Part shown: positions 26,120 through 32,000 of the stretch, piece after piece
Layout of the letters: each line of letters opens with the position of its first letter
How positions within the stretch are numbered: position 1 is the stretch's first letter
NCBI GenBank assembly: GCA_039920285.1
Contig: JBDSDX010000001.1
Coordinates: 1-32,000 of the forward strand
DNA: 32,000 nucleotides
Source of the DNA: Candidatus Saccharimonadota bacterium
Lineage (GTDB): Bacteria > Patescibacteriota > Saccharimonadia > Saccharimonadales > Saccharimonadaceae
Direction: 5' to 3'
Program-made: the position numbers and the translations under genes
Notes under the pieces: generated by a model
Told to the model about the DNA's origin: nothing
Seen by the model: the letters and a program-made list of their open reading frames with translations, nothing else
The model's database searches: none

Positions 26120-26953
26120 ATGACTTCTCGACTTCCAATCGTCGCCGCTATCCCCAACTACAATATGGGCGAGCAACTACGGACCCTACTTCCTGAGGTA
26201 TTAAAAGCTGGCTACGACGATGTCTTCCTTCTAGACGACAACTCTTCAGACGGCAGCCTGGCTATCACTCACTCAATCAGTCCTGATATCCATATCGTCT
26301 CTGGGGGAGAAAACAAGGGTGCCGGCGCAAATCGTAATCGAATACTTACTGCTCTCTCCCAAGAATCAATCGTTCACTTCCTTGATGCGGATGTCGTCCT
26401 CAATACTCCTCACATGGCTGACGCTATTCGTAAGGTTCTGTCGAAAGAGGATTTTGGCTTTATCACCGGACTCGTCAAAACACCTGATGGTTTCCAAAGT
26501 GTGTGGAACTATGGTCCTCGACAGTCGCTTTACTCCGGACGTGGTGCTGGCTTCCAGGGGCAAATTGGTGCACTGCTCTCACATAATCCTGATGAAGCTC
26601 GAAACATCAGGGAGCAGCACATACAGCTTTTATCACCGTGGCCCGATCCACTGTCTCCACCAATCCCACGACCCATTTACTGGGGTATAGAAAGTAATAT
26701 GATTATTAATTCTCGGGTCTTTAAAGCTATGGGTGGCTTCGACGAAACACTTCGGGAACATGAGATTCAAGACGTCGCGATACGAATGGCGTCGCTGGGA
26801 TTGGGTCGTTTTTTTGAACCGAGTCTTTCTGTTACTCAATATACGGTCAACGTTCGAGAATACGATCGATCACGCGAAGCAAGGCAGGCGGAGTCGAAGA
26901 TTGCCCGAAAACACGGGCTACTTAAGTGGTTATTTTCGACCTCTCACAGTTAA
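26120..26953 (+). CDS. Soluble family-2 glycosyltransferase
   Basis: IVAAIPNYNMGEQL..., LLDDNSSDGS and HFLDADV (DxD) match the GT-A/GT2 pattern. Confidence 0.8.
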   Translation: MTSRLPIVAAIPNYNMGEQLRTLLPEVLKAGYDDVFLLDDNSSDGSLAITHSISPDIHIVSGGENKGAGANRNRILTALSQESIVHFLDADVVLNTPHMADAIRKVLSKEDFGFITGLVKTPDGFQSVWNYGPRQSLYSGRGAGFQGQIGALLSHNPDEARNIREQHIQLLSPWPDPLSPPIPRPIYWGIESNMIINSRVFKAMGGFDETLREHEIQDVAIRMASLGLGRFFEPSLSVTQYTVNVREYDRSREARQAESKIARKHGLLKWLFSTSHS

Positions 26954-27036
26954 TCATTCGTATCTGTTATAATACACAAGTCTTTTCACGGAGGTGAGCA
27001 TCCGCTCCCCTCTTCCCCCCTAGCGAAGGAAGTGTC

Positions 27037-27366
27037 ATGAAAAGCGTTTCAAAAGTCGTTGTTCGTGTGCTCATGATGATCCTTCGCGTGTCGAAGATCG
27101 TCGGAGTCGTACTTGCAGTCCTGATCGGTATCACCCTGATGGGATGGTTCGCTTGGCAGATCATGCCGATGAACCCTCACCACGACCAGTGGCGATGGGA
27201 CGTTCCTCCGTTCCCCAAGGCAATTTTGCCATGGATCGTTGGTATTCCGTTTCTGATCGCAGCCATTGGTGGTGGAGTTCTCATCACCTTCGTGGGGCGT
27301 GGGGTCTTGAGTCTCATTTTCAGGCGCAAGGATCCTCCCCCACCAGCATCACCGACAACTGGCTAG
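27037..27366 (+). CDS. Small Trp-rich membrane protein (2-3 TM) with a Pro-rich tail
   Basis: 109-aa ORF with a GAAGGAAG RBS and TGtTATAAT (26965-26973) upstream. It lies in a segment that looks more GC-rich than its surroundings. Confidence 0.55.
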   Translation: MKSVSKVVVRVLMMILRVSKIVGVVLAVLIGITLMGWFAWQIMPMNPHHDQWRWDVPPFPKAILPWIVGIPFLIAAIGGGVLITFVGRGVLSLIFRRKDPPPPASPTTG

Positions 27367-27442
27367 CGGCCTCGCCGCACCCCGCCCCTTGGCGGCGTCC
27401 TTATCTCTCCGGAGACCGAGGATGCCCCAGGGGCGTCTTCAA

Positions 27443-27619
27443 TTATTGCTGTTTAGCGGGAAGATCACCCCTTATATTCGGATACGCACCATGTCGTATA
27501 AGATCAACTTTTTCAATTGATGCCCAAATCAAAAATCCTATCAGGAGGAGGGCCACTCCAAGTACGATGTATTGAACAACTTTATTCTTCTTCGGAACTT
27601 TTTCTGGAATCTTTTTCAT
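27443..27619 (-). CDS. Candidate leaderless small membrane protein (58 aa: MKKIPEKVPKKNKVVQYIVLGVALLLIGFLIWASIEKVDLIRHGAYPNIRGDLPAKQQ)
   Basis: Hand translation of the minus strand gives a basic N-terminus followed by one clear TM helix. TGgTAAAAT (-10 at 27631-27626) lies 6 nt before the ATG at 27619. The ORF is below the length cutoff of the ORF track. Confidence 0.45.
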   Translation of the reverse strand: MKKIPEKVPKKNKVVQYIVLGVALLLIGFLIWASIEKVDLIRHGAYPNIRGDLPAKQQ

Positions 27620-27681
27620 ATCTCTATTTTACCACTCTCACAGATTGATTTAGTATTGCATTTATTGTATAATGTTATGTA

Positions 27682-28473
27682 ATGATCCAAAACTTCCCTC
27701 TCGAAACGTCTATCGCCGTTATCACTGGCACTCACTCGGCCGGTAAGTCGACGCTGGTTGGTGACTTTGAGCAAGGCAAGCTGTCTGATCTGGGACTGGA
27801 GAATCGGGAATATCCTGATCTGGGCTTTGGGGTTATTGATACCCCTACGGGCGAACGCCCATTGATTATCGTCCCAGAGACAGCCCGTTGGTACGCCGAT
27901 GAACTCGGTCGTCCAGATTTTTTGGGCGAAAATTACAATTTGCCGTTTCAATTAGATATTGATTTTCTCGCCATAGACCGCGTGCAAGCAGCTGTCGGAA
28001 GTACGGGTCTCGTTGCTGCCAAACTTAGGGAGTTAGGAAAAGTTTCAGATACTGTTCAAGCGACACTCCCTATCGTGTTGTCTGATCGTAGCTCTTTTGA
28101 CGGACTGATCTATAGTCACGAGCGAATCAGCGACCAAGAGACAGATATTATTGATGGTTTTGCACGTGCCGGCTTCCATGCTCACTGGATGCGTAGCTTT
28201 GTGAATCTCGTAATTATTGCCGATCACACCGAAGTTGAATTCGAACACGACGAGACACGGCTCGACGATGCAACCTTTCGTGACACGATTGCCGAAAGCA
28301 TGGTAAGAAACTATAAAAAGATTCTCCCCATCGATGCGATCCAATTTGTAATTGGTAACCCGGAAGCTCGAAAGGCAAAAGTCGCAACGCTCCTAGGTGC
28401 AATGTCATCTCAAGATAAAGCCGTTCGTCTGGGACTTCCTTATGCGGACTGGCCAGATGTTCGAATTAGCTAG
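27682..28473 (+). CDS. P-loop ATPase/kinase of the AAA_28 (NadR-C-terminal-like) type
   Basis: Walker A AVITGTHSAGKSTLV lies at the extreme N-terminus of this 263-aa protein. TTGATT-17-TATAAT (27645-27673) lies 8 nt before the ATG. Confidence 0.6.
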   Translation: MIQNFPLETSIAVITGTHSAGKSTLVGDFEQGKLSDLGLENREYPDLGFGVIDTPTGERPLIIVPETARWYADELGRPDFLGENYNLPFQLDIDFLAIDRVQAAVGSTGLVAAKLRELGKVSDTVQATLPIVLSDRSSFDGLIYSHERISDQETDIIDGFARAGFHAHWMRSFVNLVIIADHTEVEFEHDETRLDDATFRDTIAESMVRNYKKILPIDAIQFVIGNPEARKAKVATLLGAMSSQDKAVRLGLPYADWPDVRIS

Positions 28474-28485
28474 TAGCTGAACAAA

Positions 28486-29082
28486 TTATTTATCGTTGAA
28501 ACGTTGTGCGACAAAGTCCCAGTTGACCACATTCCACCACGCGTTGACGTAATCGTCGCGCTTGTTTTTGTAATCTAAGTAATACGCGTGTTCCCAGACG
28601 TCGAGTCCGAGCAGTGGCGCTGGCTGCCCCGTCAATAGCGGTGAATCTTGGTTCGGTGAGGTGATAATTTCTAAATCAGACTGTAACCATACCCATCCGC
28701 TCCCGAAAACACCAAGTGCTTTGGTATTGAATTGATCAATAAACGTTTGAAAGTCGCCATATTTTTCAATAATGGCTTTCTCAAGCTCACCACCAGGTTG
28801 TCCGCCACCTTGTGGTGACATCCATTGCCAGAATAGACTGTGATTAAAATGACCGCCACCGTGATTACGAACCGCAGTGCGGATATCTTCGGGTAATGAG
28901 TCGAGTTGTGTGAGGAGTTCACTTACCTCTTTGCCCGCAAGATCAGTGTGACCCTCGACGGCAGCATTTAATTTATCGACATATGTTTGGTGATGCTTGT
29001 CATGGTGCAATTGCATAATGTCTTTACTGATGTAATCGCCCAGACTATCGTAGTCGTAGCCGAGATTTGGAAGTGTGAACAT
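28486..29082 (-). CDS. sodA: Fe/Mn superoxide dismutase
   Basis: LPNLGYDYDSL, HHDKHHQTYV and DVWEHAYYLDYKN signatures. An AGGAGG RBS lies upstream. Confidence 0.95.
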   Translation of the reverse strand: MFTLPNLGYDYDSLGDYISKDIMQLHHDKHHQTYVDKLNAAVEGHTDLAGKEVSELLTQLDSLPEDIRTAVRNHGGGHFNHSLFWQWMSPQGGGQPGGELEKAIIEKYGDFQTFIDQFNTKALGVFGSGWVWLQSDLEIITSPNQDSPLLTGQPAPLLGLDVWEHAYYLDYKNKRDDYVNAWWNVVNWDFVAQRFNDK

Positions 29083-29090
29083 AATTCCTC

Positions 29091-30146
29091 CTATTCTTTA
29101 GTCGTCGTTGTGTCAGGGATCGTAATATATTTCTTTACGCCATCAGCCGACTTTTCGATTTTATCGAGTTGTGCCGTAAATGCCGTTAACGATATGTGAA
29201 TGAAATCGTAGTTCACCTGCGTGTCGTTGATGTCGAGAAGTCGGACAAAGTAGTAGCCATCCCCTGTTGTTGACTTAACGACAGATGAAATGCCACCTTT
29301 TTGAAGTTTGGCAGCAGCGATTGCCAGTCCACCGTCTTGATTGGTCTTTGGTACCCAGCCTTGCGTCGCGTAGCTCACACTTCCGGTCGTTGTATTATTT
29401 TGAGCAGCAGTAATTGCGACAAGATCAACATTACCACCACTGATAGCTTTCCCGACAGCATCTGCTGTATTTTTTGCCTGTGTGTCAATTGCATAAGCAA
29501 CCTTCTGACGAAGTAGTTTATTTTCCATTGTTTGGCGATACTCTGCTGGTGACCAACCATAGTAATCAAGAATGACGGCATCATAGGTTGCTACTGAGAC
29601 TTCTCCATCGGTTGAATTTCGTTGTAATTTCAAAAACGTCTCGAGTTCAACGGCTGAAACAGACACGTTATTCTCTTTAGCGAGCTTCGCCGCATAGGCA
29701 TCAGCAATAGCATCTTCCATCGCCTGCTGTTTCACATAATCAGACTGGCGCTTCCCGCCATCTGAATTGAGATTTACCTGTTCTTTTTCCTGTAAATAAT
29801 GGATTGAGCTACGGTACTTCATCAAATAATCACTGTACGCAACGTCCTGGCCATCAACTTTCGCGACAGGCAGCGGGATTACCTTTGTCACTCGGTACAT
29901 GAAGTCACTGGTATTTTGCACAGAATATAACTGCCACCAGAGGCCAACGATCAACAGAATAACGACGACGACTGCAATGACGATTGCGTTGATGACTAAA
30001 CGGTGACGAGCGTACTGGACAGGATATTTAAATCGGCGACCCCCAGCCAAGATGCTCTCGCGGTGTTCGGCGATAGTTTCGGTGGTAATACGTGCCGACT
30101 CATCGACGGTCGATTTACGACGAACTTTATTCAGTAACTTCTTCAT
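29091..30146 (-). CDS. Membrane-anchored SurA-N-terminal-domain-like chaperone (no obvious PPIase domain)
   Basis: The start is chosen at MKKLLNKV (30146), preceded by AAGGAGAT. There is one N-terminal TM helix. The layout resembles PrsA/SurA_N-type proteins. The tracked ORF start (30218) would overlap the upstream gene by 92 nt. Confidence 0.6.
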   Translation of the reverse strand: MKKLLNKVRRKSTVDESARITTETIAEHRESILAGGRRFKYPVQYARHRLVINAIVIAVVVVILLIVGLWWQLYSVQNTSDFMYRVTKVIPLPVAKVDGQDVAYSDYLMKYRSSIHYLQEKEQVNLNSDGGKRQSDYVKQQAMEDAIADAYAAKLAKENNVSVSAVELETFLKLQRNSTDGEVSVATYDAVILDYYGWSPAEYRQTMENKLLRQKVAYAIDTQAKNTADAVGKAISGGNVDLVAITAAQNNTTTGSVSYATQGWVPKTNQDGGLAIAAAKLQKGGISSVVKSTTGDGYYFVRLLDINDTQVNYDFIHISLTAFTAQLDKIEKSADGVKKYITIPDTTTTKE

Positions 30147-30660
30147 GATCTCCTTGGCTCTCAATAGCGCTGCTGACAGCGTCTTGTAGCTTGTTGTAAG
30201 TCTTCTCGGGGTGCTCAACGTAGCGAATGACTAAGTCCCCTACGAACGTCTGGATAACGATGGTTCCAAAACCAAAAATCTCTCCAGAGAATCCTGGTAT
30301 ATTATAGCTTATGTTCTGGATCTTTGACAGTCGCAACTCCACGACATCTTTACCAAATACCCCCCTTTGAGTCACTTGTCGGATGCGTTGATTGGTCACC
30401 AAATATATCGTGAAATACCACATCATCAGATGGTAGAAGAACAAAATGAGGCCAAGGATAAACCCACCGAGTGGTAAGAAAAAGAGTTCAAGATTTGATT
30501 GCCAAATAAGCGGCGGAATCGCTGTGATGACTAAGGGAATAAGAAGCAGGTAAAAACCTTTGCGCATGGCGATGATATGACGACGAAAGACGAACAATAC
30601 TTCTTCGCCAGGTCGTTGTCCTTCAAAGTCTAACTGTGCCGATTCCTTATCTTTTGCCAT
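30127..30660 (-). CDS. Membrane-flanked bacterial PH domain protein (bPH_2, YdbS/YdbT-like)
   Basis: 177 aa. GEEVLFVFRRH is followed by two TM helices, then VTNQRIRQV...LSKIQNISY...GTIVIQT, which matches the bPH_2 pattern. Confidence 0.65.
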   Translation of the reverse strand: MAKDKESAQLDFEGQRPGEEVLFVFRRHIIAMRKGFYLLLIPLVITAIPPLIWQSNLELFFLPLGGFILGLILFFYHLMMWYFTIYLVTNQRIRQVTQRGVFGKDVVELRLSKIQNISYNIPGFSGEIFGFGTIVIQTFVGDLVIRYVEHPEKTYNKLQDAVSSAIESQGDHEEVTE

Positions 30661-30663
30661 GAT

Positions 30664-31218
30664 CTACTCGTTGTTATCGTCGAGGTTTACTTTGATCGTC
30701 ACATTCGATGGACCAGCGTTCTGGTCGATTGCAAGTGCTGCATCAGTTGACTGGTTCATTAAAAGCGCATTTCGGAATGCATCGTCGCGTAATTTGCTCG
30801 TCACCGAGAGGCGGACGTACTCATTATTTGATGACTTAAAATGTTGCTGTCCCCCATTGTACGGCTCATCAAACAAGATATAGCCGGCGTTGCCAATTTT
30901 TTTCTTAAGATCAGCGATAGTGTTCGAGACGGTATCACCGTGAACGAAGGTTTCTTCTGAAGCGTACGTGCGGCTTTTGTCCCAGTCATAGACGCGTTTA
31001 TCACCAAAAACATTGCTACTCTGTAGCACATAGCTATCCCCAAGTGGAATACTGCTGTAAATATTAAGGATGCGTTCTTGGCGCTGTGCGACAGTATGGC
31101 GATTGTATGAATTCACCACGACGAATCCGAAAGACGCGACCGCAAGTAGCACAATCCCGATGATCACTACCATGAATGGGATTTTGTGATGTTGACTTTG
31201 TTTTCGTTTCTTTGCCAT
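30664..31218 (-). CDS. N-terminally anchored extracytoplasmic hypothetical protein
   Basis: 184 aa with a basic N-terminus, one TM helix and a soluble domain. TATAAT (31231-31226) lies 7 nt before the ATG. Confidence 0.55.
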   Translation of the reverse strand: MAKKRKQSQHHKIPFMVVIIGIVLLAVASFGFVVVNSYNRHTVAQRQERILNIYSSIPLGDSYVLQSSNVFGDKRVYDWDKSRTYASEETFVHGDTVSNTIADLKKKIGNAGYILFDEPYNGGQQHFKSSNNEYVRLSVTSKLRDDAFRNALLMNQSTDAALAIDQNAGPSNVTIKVNLDDNNE

Positions 31219-31264
31219 AACCTTTATTATATCCTACACCAAAACGCTCACTAAGGATACGTCC

Positions 31265-32000
31265 CTAGTTGGGCATCGTGTTGAGTGGATCCCATTCGGG
31301 GATCATGATAGCTGGTTTCTCAAGCGCTTTTTGTTGTGTTTCCGTGAGAAGTTCTTTGCGAATAACGACAACGTAGCCGTTCTTATCAAACCAATCGTTG
31401 CTCATCGTGTAATAACCTTTAAAACCGCGCTCGTCTCCCCAGCTGTTTTCAACTTTCCATTGGGCTGGCGTATCGTCGACGACATCAACACCGGTAATCG
31501 TCATGGCGTGCGTGACAGAGCTATCGCGGCTTTCGAGGCGTTCAGCTTTGGATAGCGAGAAGTCGATGCCGAAAGTGCCATTAAAATCATAGGTGTCGAG
31601 TGACATAAAGCCTTTTTTATTCGTGTCAGTACCGACGTCACAGCCAAACCAAACAGTTTCGCCCTTTTTAATTTGCGCGTACGTGAGATCTTTCAGCGAT
31701 TGCATGTCAAGATTGAGCCAACGAATATCTAGGCCATCGACGACGTTACCCCCATGCTGAAATTCATAGGTTTGCAGATACACTTTGCTTGGACTTGGGT
31801 CGTTTAAAATCACGACGTAGTCGTCGAATGATTTTTTGTAATATTTCTTTAAGAATTTAACTGGCGTGGTCGCAGTGTCACGGTGATATTTCTTATCTTT
31901 GTCTTTGTACACAAAATCGAATGATTGCGGTGGTGTTCCGATCGCAATTGTGAGGAGACGATAGACTCCTGCTAGCATTGTTTCCTTCGCTTTTTGAATC
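31265..32000 (-). CDS. pepC: Aminopeptidase C / bleomycin hydrolase family (peptidase C1B), C-terminal part; the N-terminus lies beyond the window
   Basis: THAMTITGVD, WKVENSWG and GYYTMSNDWF are the C1B His/Asn active-site region. The reading frame stays open upstream of the tracked Met to the window edge. Confidence 0.85.
   Translation of the reverse strand, partial: IQKAKETMLAGVYRLLTIAIGTPPQSFDFVYKDKDKKYHRDTATTPVKFLKKYYKKSFDDYVVILNDPSPSKVYLQTYEFQHGGNVVDGLDIRWLNLDMQSLKDLTYAQIKKGETVWFGCDVGTDTNKKGFMSLDTYDFNGTFGIDFSLSKAERLESRDSSVTHAMTITGVDVVDDTPAQWKVENSWGDERGFKGYYTMSNDWFDKNGYVVVIRKELLTETQQKALEKPAIMIPEWDPLNTMPN

Noticed and set aside
27144-27951. A 143-aa plus-strand ORF (27144-27575) and a 111-aa minus-strand ORF (27616-27951).
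   Set aside because: The first is an Arg/Ser/Pro-rich alternative frame of the GC-rich patch and runs through its terminators. The second is antisense to the well-supported P-loop gene start and lacks start signals. The 58-aa minus-strand ORF (27443-27619) explains the region better.

Overview
The window looks like a compact, gene-dense bacterial chromosome segment. By inference only, it may come from a reduced-genome Patescibacteria/Saccharibacteria-like organism. This rests on the many small membrane or hypothetical proteins and tight gene packing, and is not verifiable here. No CRISPR array, IS element, integrase or prophage was seen.

Housekeeping content:
- 16S rRNA 5' end (window edge, minus strand)
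- gyrB-gyrA-DUF212 operon
- comM/yifB
- infC-rpmI-rplT
- rpmB
- M50 protease
- thrS-HAD-ATL-miaA-wHTH-MBL operon
- Fe/Mn SOD
- partial pepC

The window is rich in RNA genes. Recognised directly from sequence are tmRNA (12380-12783, -), RNase P RNA (about 15610-15952, -), tRNA-Val(GAC), tRNA-Thr(CGU), tRNA-Asp(GUC) and a thrS T-box leader.

Observations worth a second look:
1. An orphan type-IV coupling-protein-like ATPase (965 aa) sits in a convergent module with an LPHTG surface protein and small membrane or disordered proteins.
2. A roughly 250-nt densely structured, unassigned non-coding element (11112-11365) has mutually exclusive 8/13-bp pairings. It is followed by an AT-rich ATGTA/TACAT repeat cluster and a possibly truncated ydeI-like gene on the 3' flank of tmRNA.
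3. A Nudix-RNase H fusion with a degenerate Nudix box sits between a rod-shaped ~180-nt sRNA candidate (6S-like) and rnpB.
4. The thrS T-box has a very short Stem I whose terminal loop carries the ACC specifier.
5. Two divergent tRNA-led glycosyltransferase units have no room for promoters of their own.
6. A -10 box lies 6-8 nt upstream of the ATG at six genes, suggesting leaderless mRNAs. Two of these are unannotated small ORFs.
7. An orphan promoter-to-terminator sRNA unit lies next to tmRNA.

No database search or folding computation could be run. All family assignments are motif-level recognition.
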